A stretch of 64,000 bases of DNA, from the NCBI GenBank assembly GCA_036557365.1, contig DATBHR010000099.1, forward strand, positions 340 through 64,339, written 5' to 3'. Made by a program: the position numbers and the translations under genes. This document shows, piece after piece, positions 8,552-16,559 of the stretch. Position 1 is the stretch's first letter; each line of letters begins with the position of its first letter. A model generated the notes under the pieces. It saw only the letters and a program-made list of their open reading frames with translations. It made no database searches and was not told where the DNA came from. The stretch comes from Vicinamibacterales bacterium (GTDB lineage Bacteria; Acidobacteriota; Vicinamibacteria; Vicinamibacterales; CAVVIG01).

Positions 8552-9898
8552 TTGAGGGAGAGTGTCCCGAATTTTGTGTGTAGGGCATAGCATGAGGAGC
8601 TGCGATGCCTCGTACGCGCAAGAAGACGCCGCTGGACGTCCCTGAGGAGGTCCTGGATCACTTTGCCGGCCCAGCCCGGCCGATGTCTCCGGCGGATGTC
8701 GACGCGGTATGCCGCCGATTCAAGAAGGCGATGGTCGAGCGGATGCTGGGCGGCGAGCTGACGCATCATCTCGGCTATCCGCCGGGCGGCGATCAGCCGG
8801 CGGACGTCACCAATCACCGCAATGGCACCACGAGCAAAACGGTGCTGACGGAGGATGGGCCGGTGCGGCTCGACATTCCTCGGGATCGCGAAGGGACCTT
8901 TGAGCCGCAGCTGATTCCCAAGCACGCGCGCCGGTTTGACGGGTTCGACGAGACGATCCTCGCGTTGTATGCGCGGGGGATGACCGTGCGAGAAATTCGG
9001 GCGTTCCTCGAGGAGCGCTACACCGTGGACGTCTCGCCGGCGTTCATCAGCACGGTGACGGACGCGGTCCACGCCGAGGTGACGGCGTGGCAGCAGCGCG
9101 CGCTGGAACCGATGTATCCGGTCGTGTTCTTCGATGCGCTGCGGGTCAAGATGCGCGACGAGGGCACCGTGCGGAGCAAAGCCGTCTATCTCGCCCTGGC
9201 CGTGCGGCCGGACGGCAGCCGCGACATCCTCGGCATCTGGGTCGAGCAGACCGAAGGCGCCAAGTTCTGGCTGAAGGTGTTCACCGATCTGCAGACGCGG
9301 GGCTGTCACGACATCCTGATTGCGGTCACCGACGGCTTGAAGGGCATGGCCGAGGCCCTCGGCGCCGTGTTCCCTGCGACCACGCTGCAAACCTGCATCG
9401 TGCATCTGATTCGGCACAGTCTGGATTTCGCCACCTGGAAGGTGCGCAAGGAGTTGGCGGCCGCGCTGCGGACCATCTACACGGCGACGGATGCCGTGAG
9501 CGCGGCGACGGCGCTCGACCAGTTTGCCGAGGGACCGTGGGGCCGCCGGTATCCGTCGATTGTGGCGAGCTGGCGTCGCGCCTGGCCCCACGTGATTCCG
9601 TTTTTTGCCTTTCCGCCGGAGGTTCGCAAGGTGCTCTACACGACCAACGCCTTGGAAAGCGTGCATGCACGGCTCCGCAAAATCCTCAAGACGCGCGGTC
9701 ACTTTCCGACCGACGAGGCGGCGACCAAGCTCCTCTGGCTCGCCCTCCGAAACATCACGGCGACCTGGGGCAAGGAAGCCAATTACTGGCGCAGTGCGCG
9801 CAATCAATTCGCGATCGTGTATGGTGAACGCTTCACGGCGCCGGTGACGTCGTGACCAACCGCTCCACACACAGAATTTCTGACACTCCCCCCTGAGG
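8552..9898 (+). mobile_element. IS256-family insertion sequence, apparently intact
   Basis: A single transposase ORF is flanked by imperfect ~30-bp terminal inverted repeats. The left one (from ~8552) is ttgagggagaGTGTCccGAAtTTtTGTGTGT. The reverse complement of the right end (to ~9898) is ctcaggggggaGTGTCaGAAaTTcTGTGTGT. No direct target duplication is evident at these boundaries. Confidence 0.85.
8605..9855 (+). CDS. IS256 family transposase
   Basis: A 416-aa protein with the typical Transposase_mut blocks: HLGY...NHRNG, RDREGTFEPQLIPK, YPVVFFDALRVK, WLKVFTDLQTRG, DGLKG, TCIVHLIRHSL, TTNALES. Confidence 0.95.
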   Translation: MPRTRKKTPLDVPEEVLDHFAGPARPMSPADVDAVCRRFKKAMVERMLGGELTHHLGYPPGGDQPADVTNHRNGTTSKTVLTEDGPVRLDIPRDREGTFEPQLIPKHARRFDGFDETILALYARGMTVREIRAFLEERYTVDVSPAFISTVTDAVHAEVTAWQQRALEPMYPVVFFDALRVKMRDEGTVRSKAVYLALAVRPDGSRDILGIWVEQTEGAKFWLKVFTDLQTRGCHDILIAVTDGLKGMAEALGAVFPATTLQTCIVHLIRHSLDFATWKVRKELAAALRTIYTATDAVSAATALDQFAEGPWGRRYPSIVASWRRAWPHVIPFFAFPPEVRKVLYTTNALESVHARLRKILKTRGHFPTDEAATKLLWLALRNITATWGKEANYWRSARNQFAIVYGERFTAPVTS

Positions 9899-9908
9899 AT
9901 GTCGAGCC

Positions 9909-10000
9909 GCCTCAGCCAGGGCAGCAGTTGGTTCCAACTGCCGCTGTTCTGGTCCACCACTTCCTCGCTTCGCTCCGTCCTTCGTGCATCAATCCGCACC
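9909..10000. repeat. dispersed repeat copy B with an 18-bp perfect palindrome (GCAGTTGGTTCCAACTGC, 9924-9941)
   Basis: It aligns with 739-805. It begins about 10 bp from the right end of the IS256 element. Confidence 0.6.
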
Positions 10001-10243
10001 TTGGCGCAATCTCCCGATCGTGTGTGTTCAACCCGCCGACCAGCGTTACACGCGCGTCGCAATCCGATCGACGACCTCCCACACGTAGAAACGTCAGCTG
10101 CCAGTTGGCGGTGACGTGGAGACTCCACGTCGGGTCGAGTCTGAGCCCGCAGGCAGCAGCATGTCGGGCCATTGATGAGCGTGACAAGTCTCGAACTCAC
10201 ACACGCCGGCAGAAGCTGTTCCGCCATCGATGTGGACCGAACT

Positions 10244-12760
10244 ATGCTCTCTGCAATGCTCGTGTTTCGCGTGCCTTTTGGAGAGGGACACGTGAACTCG
10301 AGCTTGGAACGCCGTCGTCCGTGCTCGAGTCGGCCATCCTTCGTCGTGCTCGCCGTCGGCGCGATCGCTCTGATGCTCGCCGGCGCCTCCTGTGCGTCGG
10401 CCCAATCTCAAGAACGGATGTGGTTTCCAGCAGTCGAGAACGTCGCCGGCGAATTGATCCGCCGCATCAACGCGGAAACCGTCCGCCTCGACATTTCGAT
10501 GTGGTACCTGACCGAGCATTCGGTATCTATCGCTATCGCCAATCGCTTTCGTGCCGGCGTGCCCGTCCGCCTCGTCGGGGATCGCAACGCCATTTTCGAG
10601 ATTGATCCAAAAACGAAGGCGGAGTTCTACTACCTCGCGAACGCGGGCGTGCCGATCCGGCTTCGCTTCAATCCGACGTGGTTTCCCGAGATCGACCACA
10701 TGAAGATGGCGATCTTCGTCGGACAGAACGTCGTCGAGTTCGGTTCAGCGAATTGGGACACCTTCTCCATCATCCCGTTCTCCTCGACGAACTTCAACGA
10801 CGAGACGGCGTTCTTCACCGACGACCCTGCCATCGTCGGCGCCTTCAAGACGCAGTTCGATCGACTGTGGAACGACACAACCCCGGAGCCGGAGAGCATC
10901 TTCGGCGGGCCACCTTACCTCAAGGATTGGATGGACGCGTGCACGCACGAACCGACGGGGTGTGACTTCCTTTCCGTCTACCCCGCGCCCGCCCCGATGA
11001 TCATCGACACCGCACGACGCGAGCCCGACAATCCGACGCCGGTTGATCTCATCTGGGGCCAGGGTCCGGACTTCAACCGGCGGCTCGTCACCGAGATCAA
11101 CCTGGAACACAACTCCATCCTGTTCGCGAACTATCGGCTGACGGTCGACGATGTCACGAATGCCCTGCTCGAAAAGCAAGGCTCGGGTGTGCCGGTCCGG
11201 CTCATCATCGAGCCCGACGAGTACTTGAATCGATCGTGGCCCGAGTTCTGGCTGACGCACGCCAACTACGACAAGCTGTGGGCGGCCGGCGTGCAGATCA
11301 AGCAGCGGAATCATCAGGGCAACATGCACATGAAGACGCTGATCACGTCGAGCTTCGCGACGAACGCGTCGTCGAACATCGCGGCGGCCTGGCAGCGCGA
11401 CAACGACTATTTCATTTCGGCTGCCGCCAAGCCATCGATCTACACAGCGGTCAGGAACCGCGTCGTCGCGATGTGGAACGATTCGTCAGGCTTTGTTCCG
11501 TTCAAGCCGGGACCGCCGGACGCAGCCGGCCTGTTGACGCCGGGAAACGGCGCGTCGCAGGTGCCCGCCAACGCCTCACTCGTGTGGAAGACCGCCGCTT
11601 TCGCCACCGACTACGACGTCTTCATGGGGTTCTCGTCGTCGTCGATGGAGCGCGTCGCCAACGTCAAGGCGCAACTGGTCAACAACCCGCCGTCTCAGTA
11701 CTTCTGGACGCCACCGGCGCCGCTCTGCGCCGGGACGAGGTACTACTGGTTGATCCACTCGCGTACCAACGCGACGCCTGTCGATCCATCGCTGTTCGCC
11801 GCGTCGGCGTTGCAGGTGTTCACGACGGCCGGCCCCAATCAAGGGTGCGCGCATCTGCCGGGGTCGCCGAGGGGCACTGAGGCCGCGGATTTCGACGGCG
11901 ACGGAGTGACCGACCTGACCATCTGGCGGCCGCCGACCGGGGACTGGTACATCCGCACGTCATCGAGCGGCTTCACCAATAGTCGTGTCGTGCAGTGGGG
12001 GCTTCCCGGCGATGTTCCGCTGTCAGGAGACTTCGACGGGGACGGCAAGATCGATATGACCGTCTGGCGGCCGTCCAACGGACTCTGGTACATCTGTTTT
12101 TCCAGCCTCAACTACAACTGCGGCAGCCCGGGTGTCGTTCAATGGGGGCTGCCAGGGGACGTTCCGCTGATCGCCGACTTCGACGGCGACGGACGATCTG
12201 ACATCACCGTCTGGCGACCATCTGAAGGCAACTGGTACATCCTGTTCTCATCGGCGTCCTGGAGCGCCGCCGCCGCGACGACGGTACAGTGGGGTCTTCC
12301 AGGCGATCAGCCTCTGGCAGGCGATTTTGACGGCGACGGCAAGACCGATTTCACCGTATGGCGGCCATCGAACGGGACCTGGTACATTCGGTTCTCGTCG
12401 CTCGGCTACAGCGCTGCCAACCCTGGCGTCGTGCAGTGGGGAATGCCGGGAGACATACCGATCATTGCCGACTACGACGGGGACGGAAGGGCGGAGTTGA
12501 CGATATTCCGGCCTTCCATCGGGGGCTGGTTCATTCGATATTCTTCACAAGCCTACGCGGGCAGCCGTTTCCTGCAGTGGGGCCTGCCAGGCGACGTCCC
12601 GATCGCTCCGGACTTCGACAAGGACGGATGCGCGGACATCGCGGTCTATCGCCCCTCGACCGGGACTTGGTACATCCTGCAGTCGAGCACGAACGTCACG
12701 GCGGCCGCCGTTTACCAGTGGGGCACCGGAACGGACGTCCCGATTTTCGGCAGACGCTGA
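10244..12760 (+). CDS. secreted phospholipase-D-superfamily protein fused to FG-GAP/VCBS-type repeats
   Basis: A signal-like segment, RPSFVVLAVGAIALMLAGASCASAQ, is present. There are two HxK motifs with GSxN-like tails: HMKMAIFVGQNVVEFGSANW near 10697 and HMKTLITSSFATNASSNI near 11327. Six tandem DFDGDG..D.T(V/I)WRP..G.WYI repeats run from about 11887 to 12745. The start is uncertain (ATG at 10244 or GTG near 10292). Confidence 0.75.
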   Translation: MLSAMLVFRVPFGEGHVNSSLERRRPCSSRPSFVVLAVGAIALMLAGASCASAQSQERMWFPAVENVAGELIRRINAETVRLDISMWYLTEHSVSIAIANRFRAGVPVRLVGDRNAIFEIDPKTKAEFYYLANAGVPIRLRFNPTWFPEIDHMKMAIFVGQNVVEFGSANWDTFSIIPFSSTNFNDETAFFTDDPAIVGAFKTQFDRLWNDTTPEPESIFGGPPYLKDWMDACTHEPTGCDFLSVYPAPAPMIIDTARREPDNPTPVDLIWGQGPDFNRRLVTEINLEHNSILFANYRLTVDDVTNALLEKQGSGVPVRLIIEPDEYLNRSWPEFWLTHANYDKLWAAGVQIKQRNHQGNMHMKTLITSSFATNASSNIAAAWQRDNDYFISAAAKPSIYTAVRNRVVAMWNDSSGFVPFKPGPPDAAGLLTPGNGASQVPANASLVWKTAAFATDYDVFMGFSSSSMERVANVKAQLVNNPPSQYFWTPPAPLCAGTRYYWLIHSRTNATPVDPSLFAASALQVFTTAGPNQGCAHLPGSPRGTEAADFDGDGVTDLTIWRPPTGDWYIRTSSSGFTNSRVVQWGLPGDVPLSGDFDGDGKIDMTVWRPSNGLWYICFSSLNYNCGSPGVVQWGLPGDVPLIADFDGDGRSDITVWRPSEGNWYILFSSASWSAAAATTVQWGLPGDQPLAGDFDGDGKTDFTVWRPSNGTWYIRFSSLGYSAANPGVVQWGMPGDIPIIADYDGDGRAELTIFRPSIGGWFIRYSSQAYAGSRFLQWGLPGDVPIAPDFDKDGCADIAVYRPSTGTWYILQSSTNVTAAAVYQWGTGTDVPIFGRR

Positions 12761-12801
12761 AGCTCTACGCAGATTCGACGTTACCCGCGCGAAAGCGGCA
12801 G

Positions 12802-12851
12802 ACATGTGGACACGCCACATGTGTTGCGGTAATACTGTGGCCATACCACAG
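12802..12851 (+). promoter_or_regulatory. two TGTGG-N5-CCACA inverted repeats upstream of padR (candidate PadR operators and promoter)
   Basis: ACATGTGGacacgCCACATGT lies at 12802-12822 and CTGTGGccataCCACAG at 12835-12851. A possible -35 TGGACA, 17-nt spacer and -10 TAATAC overlap the first repeat. An AGGAGA sequence lies 8 nt before the TTG start at 12863. Confidence 0.3.
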
Positions 12852-12862
12852 GAGACGCCGCG

Positions 12863-13207
12863 TTGCGTTCGAAACTGGACCTGCTGCAAGGCACGCTCGA
12901 CCTCATGGTGCTGCAGACCCTCGACGTGATGGGACCGCTGCACGGCTACGGTCTTGCGCGCCGCATCGAACAGCTCGGAGGAGATGGCGTACTGCTCAAT
13001 CAGGGCACGATCTACGCCTCGCTCGTGCGACTGCAGCAGCGCGGCTGGATCGCCGCCGAATGGGGTATCTCGGAAACGAATCGCAAAGCGAAGTTCTATT
13101 CGATCACGAAAGCGGGAAAGCGTCAGATGAAGGAAGACCGTTCCGAGTGGGAACGTTTGTCCGCCGCGATGGGCCGGGTCCTTGCCGTGTCGAAGAAGGG
13201 TGTGTAG
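12863..13207 (+). CDS. PadR family transcriptional regulator
   Basis: LLQGTLDLMVLQTLDVMGPLHGYGLARRIEQL...GTIYASLVRLQQRGWIAAEWG...NRKAKFYSITKAGKRQ is a canonical PadR winged helix. The start codon is TTG. Confidence 0.9.
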   Translation: MRSKLDLLQGTLDLMVLQTLDVMGPLHGYGLARRIEQLGGDGVLLNQGTIYASLVRLQQRGWIAAEWGISETNRKAKFYSITKAGKRQMKEDRSEWERLSAAMGRVLAVSKKGV

Positions 13208-13213
13208 GACGAC

Positions 13214-14962
13214 ATGGTCACTGTTCGCGAAGCCATTGCCCGCCTGGTGTCGTTCTTCCGCAAAGATCAGCGCGATCGAGAATTCGACCAGGAACTGGCC
13301 ACTCACCTCGAGATGGCGACGGCAGACCATATTCGCGAAGGCCTCGCTTCACCGGAAGCGCGCCGAAGGGCTTTGGCACGTCTCGGTGGCATCGAACCCG
13401 CCAAGCAGTTGCACCGTGAGACACGAGGTCTGCCGCTTCTGGATGACCTCGCTCAAGACATTCGATATTCCAGTCGGACGCTCGTGCGCAGTCCGGCGTT
13501 CACGCTGGCCTCGGCCGGAACGCTTGCCATCGGCATCGCTGCCACCACAGCGATCTTCAGCACCGTGAACGCGACGCTCCTGAGGCCCTTGCCGTATCCG
13601 GCGGCCGAGCAGCTCGTCGACGTCCACACCAGATACGTGGATGGGCGCATGACGAGCGGTCTGGTCGCCACGTCTGAGATCGTGGCCCTGAGAAGGGTGC
13701 CTGGGATCGCCGGCGCGGCCGGTGTCAACTATACGGTCCTCGACGGAACGTGGATCAGGCAGGATGGAACGCTCACCGCTGTCGCCATTCGTCGGGTCAC
13801 GTCAAGGTTCTTCGACGTCTTCGGCCTGCCGATGACGCTCGGCCGGGCGTTCACCGACGAGGAGCACAGCGGCGAACCCGCTGTCCAGCCATCCGCGACG
13901 GTCGTTTCGCATCGGACATGGATGCAGCAATTCGGCGGCGACCCCAGCATCATCGGTAAGTCCGTTCGCGTCGGCGAGTTTTCGGAGCCGCTTCTGGTGA
14001 TCGGCGTGGCTTCGCCACGGCTCGACTTCCCGGCCGGCACCGACTTCTGGGTCAATGCCCGGTCCAGCGATCTCGACGCCTCGCACACGTACAACGCCGT
14101 CCTCCGGATGCGCCCGGGTGTGACGATGGCGCAGTTGCTGAGCGCCGGCAACATCGCGATGGCGGAACTGGGCAAGACGGTTCCTCAGGCCGTCGGACGC
14201 GAGTTCCTGTTCCAGTCGTTGCTCTCGTCGATCGTCGGCGACCTGCGATCGATCCTTCTGATCGTCCTTGGCGCGACCGCATTGCTCTTGTTACTCGCCT
14301 GCGTGAACGTCACGAACCTGTCTCTCGCAAAAGGCGCGACCCAAAACGACATTCGTTACAAGGCGGTATCCGAGGAGGCAGAGCCGACCTTCTATTTATC
14401 GCAGGAACAGGTTACCTATTCTGTACGTCGCCTGTCGGTCGTGGTCTCAACCGCAGACCAGCCGGCCGACGCACTCATTCCCCAAATACGCAATGCGCTG
14501 AAGGCATTCGACCCGAGCTTGGCCGCGAACTTCACATCGGCTGAAACGATCGTCGACGGCACCTTAAGGCGCCAGCAACTCGGGATGACGTTGATGCTGG
14601 TCTTCGGCGCGACCGCGCTGGCGTTGGCGGCCATTGGTCTCTATGGCGTCATTGCTTACGCCGCGTCGCAGCGGCGTGGAGAGCTCGCCACCAGAATCGC
14701 CCTCGGCGCCAGCGGCCGACACGTGTTCTGGATGATGATGAGCGGCGGACAGCGGCTCATCGCCGTCGGCGTCGCACTCGGTCTGTGTGTTGCCTACGCT
14801 GCTGGCCGTATCGTGTCCCGCAACGTGTTTGCGATGCGCGCCGAAGATCCGCTCGTGTTGTTGACCGCCGCAACGGTCGTCGGCATGGTCGCGTGGATCG
14901 CAACGACAATCCCGGCTCTCAGGGCGAGCCGCCAGGACCCGGTCAGCGTTCTCCGCGATTAG
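13214..14962 (+). CDS. ADOP-type (MacB/FtsX-like) permease carrying an in-frame internal deletion
   Basis: The N-terminal 375 aa match the first module of the two full-length paralogues in this window, up to TM2 (...LLLLLACVNVTNLSLAKGA). The sequence then jumps to the end of the second periplasmic domain (TQNDIRYKAVSEEAEPTFYLSQEQ..., compare VVGDVKYSGLNAPAEPAFYLADRQQ in 44004..46409) and the last three TM helices. It is 582 aa against 801 and 908 aa for the paralogues. Confidence 0.8.
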   Translation: MVTVREAIARLVSFFRKDQRDREFDQELATHLEMATADHIREGLASPEARRRALARLGGIEPAKQLHRETRGLPLLDDLAQDIRYSSRTLVRSPAFTLASAGTLAIGIAATTAIFSTVNATLLRPLPYPAAEQLVDVHTRYVDGRMTSGLVATSEIVALRRVPGIAGAAGVNYTVLDGTWIRQDGTLTAVAIRRVTSRFFDVFGLPMTLGRAFTDEEHSGEPAVQPSATVVSHRTWMQQFGGDPSIIGKSVRVGEFSEPLLVIGVASPRLDFPAGTDFWVNARSSDLDASHTYNAVLRMRPGVTMAQLLSAGNIAMAELGKTVPQAVGREFLFQSLLSSIVGDLRSILLIVLGATALLLLLACVNVTNLSLAKGATQNDIRYKAVSEEAEPTFYLSQEQVTYSVRRLSVVVSTADQPADALIPQIRNALKAFDPSLAANFTSAETIVDGTLRRQQLGMTLMLVFGATALALAAIGLYGVIAYAASQRRGELATRIALGASGRHVFWMMMSGGQRLIAVGVALGLCVAYAAGRIVSRNVFAMRAEDPLVLLTAATVVGMVAWIATTIPALRASRQDPVSVLRD

Positions 14963-15018
14963 TTCGTCCGGTCAGAACTCCACAGGCGTCGGCTGCAGAT
15001 CAAACGTTCATCCAGCCG

Positions 15019-15447
15019 TTACCCGGAGAACGACCCGATCGCCGCGACGTGCGTGGCGAGCTCTGGCCACCGCGCCAGTCCGGCGACAAGGCGTTCGTCA
15101 GCCGTGAGCATCTGTGTGTGCAACCGCACGGCGAGTGCCACATACAGGCAGTCGTAGGCGGTCCGGTCACTCGCGAGCGCCAGCGCATAGGCGTCGTCGG
15201 CGAGAAGGCGGGAGGGAACGGCCTCGACCGCGCTGCGGCCGATGTCCTTCACGAGCTGGCGACCCTGGACGGGCGTCAGATCGCCACGACGGACTTTCTT
15301 CCAGATCGTGTTGGCGGTCTCGGCCCACAAGAGATCCGGCGCGCAATACCGGTGCGGTCGTGCGAGGAGTCTCTGGGCGGCGTCGCTGTCGAGTTCGGGC
15401 ACGAACCACTTGATGACGACGCTCGCGTCCACGACGAACACGCTCAT
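15019..15447 (-). CDS. vapC: PIN-domain toxin VapC
   Basis: It starts MSVFVVDASVVIKWFVPE... and contains ...YDCLYVALAVRL..., with the PIN acidic residues in the expected order. ATG is at 15445-15447 and overlaps the antitoxin stop. Confidence 0.85.
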   Translation of the reverse strand: MSVFVVDASVVIKWFVPELDSDAAQRLLARPHRYCAPDLLWAETANTIWKKVRRGDLTPVQGRQLVKDIGRSAVEAVPSRLLADDAYALALASDRTAYDCLYVALAVRLHTQMLTADERLVAGLARWPELATHVAAIGSFSG

Positions 15448-15683
15448 CGCGTGCGATCGTCGCGGACCGCGGCGGTGCTGTCGGTGTGGACGGCGCCGCC
15501 GGGCAGGCGCAGGCGCTTCAGCCAGCGCGCGGAGATGCGACGCGTCTCCGCCAGGCTCATGGCACCAGCGTTTTCGAGGATATCGTGGATTTCGGCCTGG
15601 AGCGACCGACCGTGCATCTTGGCAGCCGCCTTCAATTGCGCAATCACCTCGGCGTCGAGGCCCCGCACGAGAATGTCGGGCAT
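15444..15683 (-). CDS. vapB: ribbon-helix-helix (FitA/Arc-like) antitoxin VapB
   Basis: MPDILVRGLDAEVIAQLKAAAKMHGRSLQAEIHDILENA is the typical plasmid-stability/FitA-like N-terminus. ATG is at 15681-15683. Confidence 0.7.
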   Translation of the reverse strand: MPDILVRGLDAEVIAQLKAAAKMHGRSLQAEIHDILENAGAMSLAETRRISARWLKRLRLPGGAVHTDSTAAVRDDRTR

Positions 15684-15920
15684 GGTATCGAAATGATACC
15701 ATGGCGTGGCGTGGCGGTCCGTCCGCTGGCGTGCGTCCGGTCTGTTCGACATCCGAGAACGGCGCCGACGTCGATGACGTGGCGAGACCGGAGAGACGCC
15801 GCTGCACGCCGCTTTGTGCAAGGCGAACCGGCCTGTCTACGACGAAGTGGTCAAGGTGCTGCTGGCACAGGGCGCTTACCCGCTTACACTATCCTCCGTT
15901 AGCGTGTCAGAATCTGGCTA

Positions 15921-16559
15921 ATGCGTTTTCCATTCAGCTCAGGGTTCGTCCGGGTGTGCCTGGTGCTCGCGGCCTCGGGCGCAGCCGCATGCGCCAGTGC
16001 GCCGCCGAAGGCGACCTCGGCCATTCACCAGACGCCGGCCGGTCTCGGGCAGTTTCCGTACAGCGATGCCGACGTGGAGTTCATGTCGGGCATGATTCCG
16101 CATCACGCGCAGGCGCTCATCATGGCCGGCTGGGCGCCGACGCACGGCGCGCGCCAGGACGTCGCCATCCTGTGCGAGCGGATCCTGGTGGGGCAGCGCG
16201 ACGAGATCGCGATGATGCAGCAGTGGCTCAGCGACCGCGGCCTCGAGGTGCCCGACGGGACCTCCACACGCCACAAGATGAAGATGAATGGCGTGACGCA
16301 CGAGATGCTGATGCCGGGGATGATGACCGACGAACAGATGGCCGCGCTCGACAAGGCGCGCGGCCCCGAGTTCGATCGCCTGTTCCTCGAGGGGATGATC
16401 CGCCACCACCAGGGCGCGATCGACATGGTGGACGTCCTGTTCAAGTCGTACGGCGCGGCGCAGGACGAAACGATCTATAAGTTTGCGTCCGACGTGTACG
16501 CCGATCAGTCGATCGAGATCGATCGCATGCACGAAATGCTGGGAGATCGCCAGAAATGA
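15921..16559 (+). CDS. DUF305 domain-containing (lipo)protein
   Basis: It has duplicated MIPHHAQALIMA and MIRHHQGAIDMV helices plus the YADQSIEIDRM motif typical of DUF305. The N-terminus is signal-like. Confidence 0.8.
   Translation: MRFPFSSGFVRVCLVLAASGAAACASAPPKATSAIHQTPAGLGQFPYSDADVEFMSGMIPHHAQALIMAGWAPTHGARQDVAILCERILVGQRDEIAMMQQWLSDRGLEVPDGTSTRHKMKMNGVTHEMLMPGMMTDEQMAALDKARGPEFDRLFLEGMIRHHQGAIDMVDVLFKSYGAAQDETIYKFASDVYADQSIEIDRMHEMLGDRQK

Noticed and set aside
8527-10227. A 566-aa minus-strand ORF spanning the IS256 element
   Set aside because: It is antisense to an unmistakable IS256 transposase. Only its last ~100 nt (the palindromic repeat region) was of interest, and that is reported separately.
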